NCBI RefSeq assembly: GCF_036321535.1
Contig: NC_087437.1
Coordinates: 99,822,001-99,886,000, forward strand
Origin: Camelus dromedarius
Taxonomy: Eukaryota
Direction of reading: 5' to 3'
Length of the DNA stretch: 64,000 nucleotides
The translations under genes and the position numbers were made by a program. Under the pieces are notes generated by a model that was not told where the DNA came from, ran no database searches, and saw nothing but the letters and a program-made list of their open reading frames with translations. Positions within the stretch are counted from its first letter, which is position 1. The number at the start of each line of letters is the position of its first letter. Shown in pieces: positions 38,310 through 51,245 of the stretch.

Positions 38310-38760
38310 CAAAGGATGAAATATACTGGAAGCAGTCCTGTACAACCCAGCACCTCAGCCCTTTAAGACTGAAGGAATTATTCTCCTAGCTGTTGGAAAT
38401 GTTGTTGGCAGACAGCTCTCAGATTCACATCTGCAGAGTTGTCTCTGCAAATTGCTCTCAGCTAAAGAGAACCACCTCATCTAAAGCTATACATCCTCCC
38501 ACTGTGACCCAAAACCAATAACTGATGGAAATGGGGCCATGGAAAGTCCAATCATTTTGCTCCAGTTCAAGACTTTTGAAGTCTATCCCAGATTTTGATA
38601 TTCCCATCAGATCAGCTGAAGCCTTTGCTGTGACTGCATTTAGACCAAATTCTAACTAACCCCACACTCATGGCTTTCACCATAGGTAGGTGTTTATTCC
38701 AGGAGAGCACTGCAACACAATTCCTGCAAGCTGATCTGTCTCCGAGTCTGACCTGTGACA
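38310..38760 (+). mobile_element. LTR16-like ERVL LTR
   Basis: ctctcagctaaagagaaccacctcatctaaag...gagagcactgcaacacaattcctgcaagctgatctgtctccgagtctg...gaca. Confidence 0.65.
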
Positions 38761-41110
38761 CCTATACACAGAAAACTGCAAAAACTTCGCTGAAGATACA
38801 TTAAAGAGTATTTAAATAAATGGAAACATATATTAATAAGTTACAAGGATTAATATTGCTAAGGTGACAAATATCCCAAAGTGTCCTTTGGATTCAGTAT
38901 AATCTCACTAAAAATTTTGGCAATTTTTTTTTGCAGAATTTCACAAGATGATACTAAATGGCGTATGTAAATAGAAAGTATCTAGATGGTCTAAAATAAT
39001 CTCAACAAAGATAGATTTAGAAGATTTACATTTCTTGACTCCAAGACTTAGTATAAGCTACATTAATGAAAACAATTTAGCTTGGTATAAGGATGAACAA
39101 ATGAAACTAAAGAGATAGTTGAGAAATAGACTCAATATGTACACTCAGTTAATTGACTTTCAACACAAACAGTAAGTGCAAATTAATGGAGAATAAAAAT
39201 CTCCCCACCAAATGCAGTTTGGTGCAGCCACTATGGAAAACAGTGTGGAGATTCCTCAAAAGACTAGGAATAGACTTACCATATGACCCAGGAATCCCAC
39301 TCCTGGGCTTGTATCCAGAAGGAAACCTACTTCAGGATGACACCTGCACCCCACTGTTCATAGCAGCACTATTTACAATAGCCGAAACATGGAAACAGCC
39401 TAAATGTCCATCAACAGGTGACTGGATAAAGAAGATGTGGTATATTTATACAATGGAATACTACTCAGCCATAAAAACCGACAACATAATGCCATTTGCA
39501 GCAACATGGATGCTCCTGGAGAATGTCATTCTAAGTGAAGTAAGCCAGAAAGAGAAAGAAAAATACCATATGAGATCGCTCATATGTGGAATCTAAAAAA
39601 CAAAAACAAAAACAAAAACAAACAAACAAACAAAAACAAAGCGTAAATAAAGGACAGAAATAGACTCACAGACAGAGAATGCGGACTTGTGGTTGCCGGG
39701 GGGGTGGAGGGTGGAGGGGGATAGACTGGGATTTCAAAATTGTAGAATAGACTGCACTGTATAGCACAGGGAAATATACACAAAATGTTATGATGACTCA
39801 CAGAGAGAAGGATGTGACGATGAGTGTGTATGTGTCCATGAATGGCTGAGAAATTGTGCTGAACACTGGAATTTGACACAACATTGTGGAATGATTATAA
39901 ATCAATAAAAAATGTTAAAAAAAAATCTCCCCACCAAATGATGCTAAAACAAGCAGACATTCATACGGAAAAAGTGAACATTGACTGCTACACCACTATC
40001 TTATTTCATACAAAAGAATTAATTTGAGATGGATCATAGATCTAAAAGAACACACCAAAATCATAAAGCTTATAGAAGAAATTATTGGAGAATTTCCTCA
40101 AGCCTTTTAAGTTTCTTAGGTAGAACACAAAATGCATTAATAACAAAAAGAACAAAAAGATAAATTGGGTTCCATTAATATTAAAACAGCTGCTCATATA
40201 AAACATCTGTTAAAAAAGTGAAAGTCCTGGGAAAATATTCAGAACACTTGTATCTGGCAAAGGATTAAATCTAGTATATACAAAAAACTCTTACAATTTA
40301 ATAACAACAATAAAAGAACCAAAAAAAAATTTAAGTGAGCATGACACATGAATCAACACCCCGCAAAAGAACCTAAGGAAGATACACAAAAGGCAAACAA
40401 GCATGTGAAAAAGTGCTGCGCATCATTAGTCAGCAAGCAAACACAAAATCAAACCACAGGGAGATAGCACTTCACACAAACCAGAATGGTTACAGCTAAA
40501 ATATCTGACAACCTGAAATACTGACTTTTGGAGCAACCAAAATTCTCATACTCTGCTGGTGGAAAACCATTTGGACATTTCTTATGACATTAAACATATA
40601 CCTATCCTTTCAATTAGCAATTCCATTCCTTGGTATTTACTCAAGCAAATGAAAATATGTGTCAAACAGAAGATTCCTAGAAGAATGTACATAGGAGCTT
40701 TATTCGTAACAGCTCAAAGCTAGAGACAACACAGATGTTCATCAACAGTAAAGTGGATTAACAAATAGCAGTGCATTCATACAATGGAATACTACTCAGT
40801 AATATAACGAATGAACTGTTGATACACTCAAGAACCTGGATGATTCCAAAAAGTATGCCACTTATATGAATTTCTAGAACTTTCAAAACTAATGCATCAT
40901 GACAGAAATCAGAAAAGAATTACCTCTGAGGGACTGATTGATTGAGAAGGGAAAGGGAAAAAAATTCTGGGGTGACGGAAACATTTTATCTTGATAGGGG
41001 AGTGGCTATCACAGGTGTATTTCTCATACACTCGCCACTCAAGATTAGCATATTCCACTGAGTAAAAATTACATCTCAAACTTTTTTTTAAATAGGAAGT
41101 AAAATTATAT
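38761..41110 (+). mobile_element. Old L1M ORF2 3' half and 3' UTR (continuation), hosting a younger L1
   Basis: tatacacagaaaactgcaaaa..attaaagagtatttaaataaatggaaa, gatggatcatagatctaaa, atacaatggaatactactcag are ORF2 hallmarks. Confidence 0.85.
39215..39920 (+). mobile_element. Young 5'-truncated L1 with perfect 20-bp TSD
   Basis: Uninterrupted ORF2 C-terminus ([16 protein letters not shown]...EKYHMRSLICGI*, stop at 39596), 3' UTR with G-rich tract, AATAAA and A-tail; flanked by identical aaaaatctccccaccaaatg at 39195-39214 and 39921-39940. Confidence 0.97.
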
Positions 41111-41821
41111 GTCAAGAAACTACTAAAGAGCCACACACTGTAACATTTCTGGGAAGGTCAGAACAAAATTAAAACTTTAGTGATCATATAACTCAATTTT
41201 GTCTCCTCCTCTTTATAAAATGTTCCTTTTTCTCATCAGTCAGCAGACAAATGTTTGGTGAGCATTCAGTATAGAGGAAGCCCTGAAATCTCAAGTTTCT
41301 CATGTCTGATGTGTGATGGCAGATAGCTATCTAGTTAACTGAGTTACAAGCTTTATTTGAACTTAATGTATTTCTTTTTCTTTACCATTTGGAAGAAAAT
41401 TGGAAAAATTAATACAGAAGAAAAAAAATCAACCGTGGTCAAATTTTTCAGTCAGTGATAAAGTGGTTAGAGAGATATCTTTTTGTTTGGGAAATTCCTA
41501 GCCCTTATGAAAGAACTGAAGTCTTACACTCTTCACGTTGAATCCTTTCCAACTTTCAAAGAGTCTGATGGAAATGCAAAAACAAAACAAGATTCATTCA
41601 GAGTACAGTTTTACTTCACTGTATCACACTGAGCATGCTTCCTGGCAGTTTAAGTGTCATCGGAAGAGCTTGATAAATATGCAGATTTTGAGCCCTAATC
41701 TTGGAGATGCTATTTTAGCAAGACTCAGCCAGGTTCTTAAAATAGTATTACAGAGAGCTACGGTTTAGAAATAAATATACAAAAACTCTGTGAAGAAAAG
41801 AGAAAGGTCTATATGAGAGAT

Positions 41822-42177
41822 TGCTATAGACTGTTTATGTCCCCTTCCCAAATTTCACATAATGAAAATTAGCCCCCAGTGTGATGGTATTTGGAGGTGG
41901 AGTCCTTTGGGTGGGTTAGGCCATGAGGGTGGAGCTCTCATAAAGGAGATTTGTGTCCTTATAAAAAAAGACCCCAGAGAGCCCTTGCCCTTTTCCACCC
42001 TGTGAGACCACAGACAGCCATCTATGAGCCAGAAGTGGGCCCTCACCAGAAAAAGAGTCTGCCCACCCCTTCATCTTGAATGTTCCAGCCTCTAGGTCTG
42101 TGGGAAATAAACTTCTGTTACTTATAAGTCACCCATGCTATGGTATTCTGTTACAGAAGCCTGAATAGAATAAGACA
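41822..42177 (+). mobile_element. MLT1A-type MaLR solo LTR
   Basis: TGCTATAGACTG...tgtgatggtatttggaggtgg...ccagcctctaggtctgtgggaaataaacttctgtt...TAAGACA. Confidence 0.9.
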
Positions 42178-44522
42178 GATCCTCACAGGCAAAATAGCAT
42201 GTCTGTAGGAATGGTTTCTCTCTTCCAAGGATTTACACCTCCCTCTTGGCTCTTTGGTCTTGACTTCAGCCTCCATGGACACATAGTCGTCTCCTTGCTG
42301 CCAGACCCAGAAATGGACAAAAACCCCTTTCCCATCTTGCGCCATACTTAACAAAGAAAAGCTAAGAATGGAAAATAAAGAACTGAGAAGAAAGTAAAGG
42401 AAAATAAAGAAAACGCAAAATTAGAAAAGGCTTAGCCTAATAAGATACAGATTTCCGATCCAAACCTAGCTAAATTGAAGCCACAAGTTAACTGGTTGGT
42501 GATTTACCAACATTCAGGCCATGGTTTTACTTCCTCCAACACATTCTACTGATTAGAGGTTCGCTTGGGTTTGGGAAAAAAAAAAGCACCCCTTTTAAAC
42601 TTACAAATTACTCCTTGGGGAGGCTGAATCTATCATAAAATTTAATCAGATATTCCTAAGCAGTTTTTTTTGTTTGTTTTTTTCCTAATACAAAGCTGAA
42701 ATAATTGGAGAGGAGCAGGGTTGAATAGTCAGTTTTGGAGCAAGAAACACAGTAGGGTAACAGCTCAGAGTCTGAGCTTTTAGCAGCTCCTTGTAGGCCC
42801 ATGCCAGAGGCCCCAAGTGTTCTTTACAAAGGGACTTACCCTTTTTTTTTCCAGTCAGAATCTCTCTTTTAGTCCTCTGCCTTTAAAGACACTCCTTCTA
42901 TTCTCCTGGATTTTTAATTCTGTGTGCATGTCTCCTTTCTGAACTGTGGCTCAGTTGGCTGGTCTATGCCTTGGCTATTAGGCACTCCCCTGTTAGGTTC
43001 CTCGCATTTGATCGACCTTAATCTCTGCAGTCTGGCCTCTCTCCTGATTGCGGCCTGGACCGTGAAGACACTGCAGCACAGCCTAGTCTGCGCTCAGGGG
43101 GCTTTTGTCTGGAAGTGGACTCAGATTCACAAGGAGAAGAACTACAGAACTTTGGAAGAGAAGGCACACACTGAGTATGTAAGTACGGGTCATGTGTGGG
43201 AGTTTTAAGTTGAAAAAGAACAAAGGAAGCGAAGTGGGAGACTGATGGAATTTTGTCTGACCCTGGAAATTACATCTGCCCGCAATACACATCACATCAT
43301 TGTGCTTTCTCTGATCACGTGAATGCCAGAGGTTCTGGCCCCAGGGATATTTAAAGTAATTTTTAAAGATACTTCAAAGATCCTCTCTGCTTTTCCTCTG
43401 TCACCTTGAATAGACCTTCTTTTTCTCATTTCCAAGATACAATCCTTGGCTTTCTGCTCTTCTCTCCCTCTGCTCTATTTAAGTCATTCTTCCATTTACA
43501 CATTTTCAAATTCTGTCTCTATGCTTTTGACTTCCAGCTCTGTAGTGTGTGTTCAGCACTATTCCTTCTACGTTCTATTTTCCTTAAAAATAAATGTCCC
43601 TTGACCTGTGGCTTCCAATAGCTACCTTCCTCCTGCTGAAAGAATTATTTGCTGACAAATTTATTTTAAAGTCTAGAATTATTTGCTGACAAAATTATGT
43701 GAAAGACTTTACATCCAAAGCACATGTTTTCTTTTCCCCAATTTCTTCCACACTGCCATATGGTTTCTGTTCCTGCTTTATCTCCAACTAAACTCTCTCT
43801 TAGACCTCTTTGCTGCATTAAAAAAAAAAAAACAAAAAACTATGAAGGCTGCTTCATTAAAGACCATGAAAACCTTTTAGGGAACTTCCCTCCTTCCTGA
43901 GTTGGTTAGACCAAGCAGAGCAGGAGTAAATTATGAAGAAAAGTAGTCTGAGCAAGGCAAAGTGTAAATTGGAAAAGTGCTCCCCTCCCGATTAAAGTTA
44001 ACATGCCTTGTGGCAGTCTTACTATATCCAAGACACTTTATTTAAATGCTAGGGAAATAAAGGTGAAAGAAAAAGGATGGATTGTTGAGTTCTTGGATGA
44101 TTGATGAATTCTTGAAAAGAATTCAAGAAATTATAATGTGAGTTTTATCCGAGTGAACTTGAGTTCTAAAACTCCCTTTGCAAAGGCGTAGTGGAGATTC
44201 CACATGCTAAAAGGAGGCTGGATGCCGGCTGAGGGCACCCATTCGTGGTCGTGGAGCGAGTACATGCACCTGCTCTTCTCTACCAATGAAAAGAGATTAC
44301 GTACGGGACTTCTGATCATCACAAACAAGGTATGGACACCCTAGCAGGTACGTGATATATTTCTATTTGGGTTTATAACAAAGTAAAGGTTTTATCTTAG
44401 AGATTCAAGTTGACCCTTTCTGACATTTATAAAGAGTTACTGAATTACATTATCAATGAAAATGTCCATAATTATTGCCTTTTTAAAGAAAAGGTGAAGT
44501 TTCTAACGAGTTAGTTTAAAAC

Positions 44523-44737
44523 CAGTAAACCTCAACACTGTTGCCACTTTGGACCACATCATTCTTCCCCACGGGAGGCTGCCCACACTGTAAGGGTATT
44601 TAGCAGCACACCTGCCTTCTACCTACTAAACGCTGGTAACACTTCTCTTCTTTAAGCCGTGACAATCAGAACTGTCCCTAGACATTGCCAAATGTCCCCT
44701 GGGGGAGCATAAAGTTGTCCCCATTTCTGAACCACTG
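44523..44737. mobile_element. MER20 (hAT-Charlie) DNA element
   Basis: tttagcagcacacctgccttctacctactaaa...gtgacaatcagaactgtccctagacattgccaaatgtcccctggggg...gaaccactg. Confidence 0.88.
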
Positions 44738-45529
44738 GTAGAGATGGTATCACGTAAGTGGGAGAAGTCCTAGTACCGCTTTTAAAAAAAAGAAACATAA
44801 AATAACATCCTGAATATGTAATTTTTATTTCATGATAATTTTCTATTTTTAAATTTTAGAAATGCATTTTCCAATTGTAGGCTTTTCGAAAGTATTTATA
44901 ACAAGGATAAATCTTATTAAGCAAACTACTTCCACAGTTATTAGCATGTATTTATGTATTTACTGCTTTAGACAAAGTTGTTTTCCACATTATGAGATCC
45001 TCCAACATAACATTAAGAGGCAAATTCTAAATAATTCTATTTTCATGTAGGACTTTATGAATTTGAATTGTGCGGGTGTCCCATTATCTATACCTTTTTA
45101 AACAGCATAGTTTCTGTTACTGTTTATGCTTTAAATTCATTATAATTTTTTCATTTATATCAATTAATTTCAATAATGACCTTATGATAACTTCAAGAAA
45201 CTATAATTTTCACCTACTTGTGAAAAATAAATCCAGTCATTAAAATGGTGAAATAATTATACTAATTCTAACAAATAAGAGAGAAATAACTATTCATTAA
45301 TATTGCTTTTTACAATAATAGCAATTATGAGGTAAATTATAGTTTTAATTCCACTTTCTGGTTATCACTGGGCCAGCTCTAAGTCAGGCTCTTATCCTGT
45401 CCTTAAAAAAACAGCAGGAGTGATGGTGCTCACATTTTTCCAACGCAACTCTTAGTAACGATAGCTCAAAATGGCTAGGATTTCTCAGTGGGATGAGGGG
45501 GGTTATTTGATACATGTTCCTCCAGGAAG

Positions 45530-45704
45530 GGATTCTCAAATTCTCAACTCTGGCTGCACATGAGCAATCTGTAATGTTCACTACTAGTATCTCGATCTCA
45601 TCCCTGGGAATTTAATTTGGTTTGTCTGGGGAGGGGACTGGCCATCAGCGTTACTTTAGAAGCCTCTGGATGAGTCTAATGTACAGCCAGGATTGAGAAA
45701 CACT
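45530..45704. mobile_element. MER5-type (hAT-Charlie) element
   Basis: ttctcaactctggctgcacat...tgagtctaatgtacagccaggattgagaaacactg. Confidence 0.75.
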
Positions 45705-45971
45705 GCTGGAAGAGAAGAGAGCTCACCTATGAGCGAGCTATGGGTGGTCTGAAAAAGTCCTTTGGATAATTTTCATGTACCTTCTTTCAGGGAACATGCC
45801 AAGAATGAACTGTCCATGAACCAAAGGTCTCTCTACTCCCCTCCCCTCCTCTTCTCTCTCTCTCTCTCTTCCTCCCATTCCTACCCCAAAGATGGAACCC
45901 CCAATTAAAAAGGTACTTTCCTAAGCAGCAATGGAAAAAAAAATATGAAAACACACACACACACACAAGAC

Positions 45972-46045
45972 GGGGACGTTGTGCTGTACACCAGAAATTG
46001 ACACAATGTAACTGACTACTTCAATTTAAAAAAAAAAAAAAAAAA
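45972..46045 (+). mobile_element. Extremely truncated L1 3' tip with poly(A)
   Basis: gggacgttgtgctgtacaccagaaattgacacaatgtaactgactacttcaattt plus an A-run; matches 12830-12890 and 5062-5117. Confidence 0.85.
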
Positions 46046-47606
46046 GCATCACTGGAAAGATTTGTGTAGAATGGGATGCTTTCTTTAACATTTAGGATTT
46101 AATCTGGGAGATGAAGTCCAGGGTCATTATCAACTAGGAAATTCCAGAGTGTGGACAAACACAAAAGCCTGTGGCCCTGAGGATGAATTTAGGGAAGTTC
46201 TCTGGCCCACAGATTCATCCAGAACACTAAACTGTTTCTGCCTCGGTGGACTATATCTCCCAGACCCCAAAGGTCACTCTGAGAGCCTGACCTCACTGGC
46301 TGCTACGCCAGCTCCCAGTCCTATTTTATGTAAGAGATTATAAAACTCTTTCCTTGTAGGATTGTGTGGCAACAATAAATTTGGTTGATATTTCTACATC
46401 CATTTTCTCATCTGTAAAATGAAGTAAATAGACGAGATAATTACTGAAATTGATCCCTTCTCCAATAATTTACATTCTTTCTTTGCAAAATTTTTTGCAA
46501 AGTGATAATTATTGTTACGAGCTTTGAAACCCCAATGGCATAAATTAAGTTAAATTAAAAGGTCTTGGATATTTCTCTGCCTTCAGAGTTAATCATGGAC
46601 CCTCATATTCTCCTCCTCTTCTTTCAGCTCGGTTTTGCTTTGGCATTTCCTTTACTGTGATAGTTAGGGTGATAGATTACTACCTTTCTACAGAGGGAAA
46701 TTAATGGCCTGAGTGTGAAGATAGAGAGTAACAACTTAAGTAAGAGAAAAAAAGAGAAAGGAGGAAATGAGATCACAGAATACCAAGTGCACATAATTCT
46801 TAAAGATGGGAACTTGCAATAATGAGGTGTCAGCAAGGTCAAGTAGGTAAGCACTAAACTTAGAGGTGTCTGGTTACACGACATTTGAATTTGAAAAAGG
46901 ATTGCACACTCCTCCAGCCCCAACCTCAGAAAGCTGCCACATGATCTCCTGCTGCTTTCACAACTCCCTTTAGCCCTTCTCCTCCTGCAGAGTCATGAGT
47001 AATAACCCCAACACCCCTGCAAAGACATTCCTCACCCTCACTGTGGGCAACTACCATCATTCAGAAGAGACCCAAATTCCATGGAGAAGAAGGCACGATG
47101 ACGGCATTGCAATCGATCTCCTCACTGCTCAAGAAGTTAAATCCTCATGACCTACATTCATGTACAGATTAGCTCAGATGGAAAAATGAAGACCAGTGAC
47201 AGTGAATCATGCTGTAAACACAAGAGCTCATAAATAAATAAAACCCTTGTGGGTAGAAGACTCAGAGTTGATATTAAAATGTTTGATAAAATGAATAAAA
47301 AAGAAAAGTAAGAATCAAAATATAAAATTTTTTTTCCAATATCTGTAAATATATCTTTGCCCTCGATGGACTACGTGAAGAGGGCTGCACCATTAGCCCA
47401 GTAACAGATACAAAACCTGAATTTGGGGATTTAAGTGATTGTTTTGGTCGAATCCTCGCAAAAATAAAATACACTAATTCACTAATTGTAAAAAGTTTCC
47501 AAAATTATGAGTAAAAAATCCCTTATTTTAGACCCCGGTCCTAGTCTCTAATAGGTAAGCAGCGTTACAACTGTGGCATTGTGTATGCCAAATTCACACA
47601 CATCTA

Positions 47607-47750
47607 CAGTTGTCCTTTGAACAACATGGATTTAAACTGCATGGGTCCAGTTATACACAGATGGTTTTCAGTAGTAAATACCACAGTACTACACAATTAC
47701 TGTGCAGAAGGTCACTGCCCCTAACACTTGCATGGTTCAAGGGTCAACTG
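47607..47750. mobile_element. Tigger2/MER8-type non-autonomous Tc1/mariner element
   Basis: TIRs cagttgtcctttgaac...gttcaagggtcaactg, flanked by TA at 47605-47606 and 47751-47752. Confidence 0.88.
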
Positions 47751-47924
47751 TATATATGCATATGTGTATATATACACATATATATTTCAAATATGTTTCT
47801 AGTTCACATATAGCTACTGATATAAATGTGTATTTACATCTAGACACACACAAACACTTTTGATGCAAATGGGTTCATATTTTCTAATTTTATGCACATT
47901 TCCTTTTTTTCATTCAATAGAGTC

Positions 47925-48140
47925 CCACTTCCTTGGGTTAGCTCCTGGCTCCATCACTTACTACCTGTGTAACTTTAAGTTGTGCTGTTCAAATTCTCTA
48001 TGCCTTAGTTTTTCCATCAAGAAACAGAGCTAACAGTGGTACCTACTTCTTAAAGTCATTATAAGAACTAAACAAACAAGATCTTAGGATAGTGGTGGAG
48101 CATCAAAGTGCTGTAAAAGTCTCAGCTGCTATGTTGATAA
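47925..48140 (+). mobile_element. MIR SINE
   Basis: cctggctccatcacttactacctgtgtaacttt...ctctatgccttagtttttccatc...gtacctacttc. Confidence 0.75.
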
Positions 48141-48179
48141 TCATCATCAACATCACTGTAATCACTTCCATCATCACAC

Positions 48180-49142
48180 AGTGATGTGGTACCACTGATG
48201 TGGCACTCTGTCCACATTCCCTCTTCAGGACACTCTGATGACCTATGACCACGTGACCATGCCCTTTACTGGTGGTTATCCTTTGGACACATGGAACTGT
48301 TATGAACAAAGTTATGCTCAGATTTGAGGGTATACTCCACCACTAATTACTGGCTGATGTGGGAACACAAATGCTCAGCCTCTGTAGCCTCAATTTGGAC
48401 AATTCTGAAGGGTTATCCCAGGTCCAGAGCTCTCTGTAAGCTTATGAGGCAGCTTTTCCCTTTGCTCAATCCTGTTTCCCTCACTCACTTTATGCTTATA
48501 GACGTAAATCCTGAGATCACTCACAAATTAATGTGCTGCATACAATTTCCTATCTCAGAATTTGAACTGTAAATCAATCACCTCTTTGAGGACTGCAATT
48601 CATTCTCTTAACTCTTCTTTTATAAGCTTTCCTAGGAAATTTGGTGAATCATAATCTTGAAGAAGTGATTCTCAAATGGAGTGAACTTACCATAACAAGT
48701 AAGGAGATCTGAGCAACTCAAAGAGAGGACTGCAGTGAATAGCGTGGGACACTGGCCAGATCCCTCATCAAGATGAAAGAACTCACCCATGGAGGCCCAG
48801 AATATCAGCTATTGACAGTTTTAGCTCCACTCCAAACTTGGATTTTCCCTCAGTCATAGAGAAATCCCTTCAGTGTTCCCTGTCAAGGAAACCATGGAGA
48901 AGGACTGCATACTGCAGGAATACAATCCCCCTTCTCCACTTTGCCACACTTTGTGTAACTCTGAAGGATCATCCCAGGTCCACGTTTTCTGTGATATCAA
49001 TTACAGTCTTTCAGTTATTATTACATTACAGGTCAGATTGTCCCTGTACATAATCCTGTCTTTCTCGTTCCCTCACTCCCCAGTAAACATTCTATACATG
49101 CCTCTCCTCAGAGTATGTTTCCTGGAAATCTAACCTAAAAGA
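48180..49142 (+). mobile_element. LTR16-like ERVL LTR remnants (two blocks, about 48180-48570 and 48700-49142)
   Basis: ttgctcaatcctgtttccctcact...tctcaga and cagtaaacattctatacat...cagagtatgtttcctggaaatctaacctaaaaga resemble ERVL LTR 3' ends. Confidence 0.5.
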
Positions 49143-50259
49143 TCATATCATGAGTACCTTTCTATGCCAGCAGATAAATATCTATCTCATTAAAATGCCT
49201 GCACAGTGTTCCATTGAATTTATAATTTATAATGGCATAATTTACTTAACCAGGGAGTAAGTCATTCCTAAATCAACTTAGATGAGATTTCATGATGATA
49301 GCAAGTGTAGAGTGAGCCAAAAAGTTAGCCAATCTGTTAATCATTTAAGGTGACTTCCAGTCATTCACAGTGTTTATAGTTTATTTAGCATTAACTGATT
49401 CTAAAAGGAAGCTGGCCTTATATTTTGCTGACAGGATTACATGGGAAAATCACTGATCCCATGTGGCAATGTATTTCTTAAATGCTACTTTATTACATTG
49501 ATTGACAGCTAATAGTTAAGCATATGTGAGTGAATTTGGATAAGTAAGAATACAGCAGAATTTGTCTGAAGAAAATGTAAAACTATTTTAAGGGACTAAG
49601 TTAGGGTAGTAAAAAAGAAGTACAGATTGTAAGTAGCAAGGATTTTTATTTATAGCTTTTGTTTTAAATCAGTTCTTTAGTTATTTTCCCACTCCTGAAA
49701 GGTCAGTGAGGTCTATGTTTTAATTAAAAGCATTAGAGAGACATAGTCCATCTTCAAAAGTCTTTACTTTTGCTCAAAACTTTCTTTATCCACAGAGTTG
49801 TTCTTGTTCCTTTTCCTTCCACATCCAAAGTTGAGATGCATTTTTAAAGGAGAGCAAGAGAGAGGAAACACTTGTAGTTGCTGCGAACTGTATTTTCCAT
49901 TCAGTCACATGCAGTACGGCAACTGTCCCCTATTAATTCTAATGTGGAATTTTCAGGCCTAGTTCACAAAAGTTAGTAGATACTAGATAACATTTAAAAA
50001 GATAAACTTTATGCCACTCTAGGCTCTTATGACTATGAAGGTCATTCATTCCTAGGAAAGAAATCAGGCAGAGCATGTGTACGATGCCCTTTTGCTCTGC
50101 CCCCTGGTCTTCACAGCCATCTTCACATTCGTTCTCAGCACATCTTTGTCTTAACTGAGCCTCGATTTCCTGAAGACACTCTCCCTACATCCCTCTCCAG
50201 TTCAGAACCACCAATATAATTGTCTTTTCAACACCTCAATTTAGATAGCTCAATAGAGC

Positions 50260-51245
50260 AAAACTTTTGTAAATTATATATCTGATAAAGGATTAATATC
50301 CAGAATATAGAGAGAACTTTTAAAATCCAACAAAAAAACCAAACAACCCAATTCAAAGTGGGCAAAAGATATGAACAGACATCTCTTCAAAGAAGGTATA
50401 CAAAGGACCAATACACACATAAAAAGATGTTCAGCATCACTAATTATTAGGGAAATGCAAGTCAAAACTGCAATGAAGTACCCATTACACCCAATTAAGT
50501 GGCTACTATCAAAACAACAAAAAACCAGAGAATAGAAAATGTTGACAATGATGTGGAGAAACTGGAACCCTTGTGCACTGTTAATAGGAATGTAAAATAG
50601 TGCAGCTACTCTGGAAAATAGTACGATGATTCCTCAAAAAATTAAAAATAAAACTGCCATTTGACCCAGCAGTTTCACCTATGGGTATGTACCCAAAAGA
50701 ATTAAAAGCAGAGTCTCAAAGAAATATTTTTATACCCATGTTCATGGCAGCATTATTCACAACAGCTAAAATGTGAAAGCAGCTCAATCTATCATTAGGT
50801 GAGTGAATAAGCAAAATGTGTATATACATACAATGAAATATTATTCATTAAATATTATGAATTTAAAAAGAAATGAAATTCTGACACATGCTGCAACGTG
50901 AGTGAATCTGGAAGACGCGCTATGTAAAATAAATTAGTCACAAAAAGACAAATACTGTGTGATTTCACTTACATGAGGTACTTAGATTGGTCAAAGCCAT
51001 AGAAACAGAAAGTAGAATGGTGGTTGCCTGGGGCTGGTGGGGAGGGAGCAATGGGGAATTAGTGTTTAATAGATGCAGAGTTTCAGTTTCACAAGATGAA
51101 AAGAGTTATAGCGATGGATGGTGGTGATTATTGTAAAACATTATGAATGTATTTAAATGCTACTGAACTGTACACTTAAAAATGGTTAAGGGGGTAAATT
51201 TTATATTATGTATATTTTACTAGAACAAGAAAATTGAAAAAAATC
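50260..51245 (+). mobile_element. L1MA/L1MB-type 3' fragment
   Basis: atatctgataaaggattaatatccagaatata...cccatgttcatggcagcattattcacaa...tactgaactgtacacttaaaaatggttaag. Confidence 0.93.

Noticed and set aside
39153..39596. 147-aa ORF, the longest in the track
   Set aside because: L1 ORF2 C-terminus of a truncated insertion joined by chance to flanking DNA; not a host gene.
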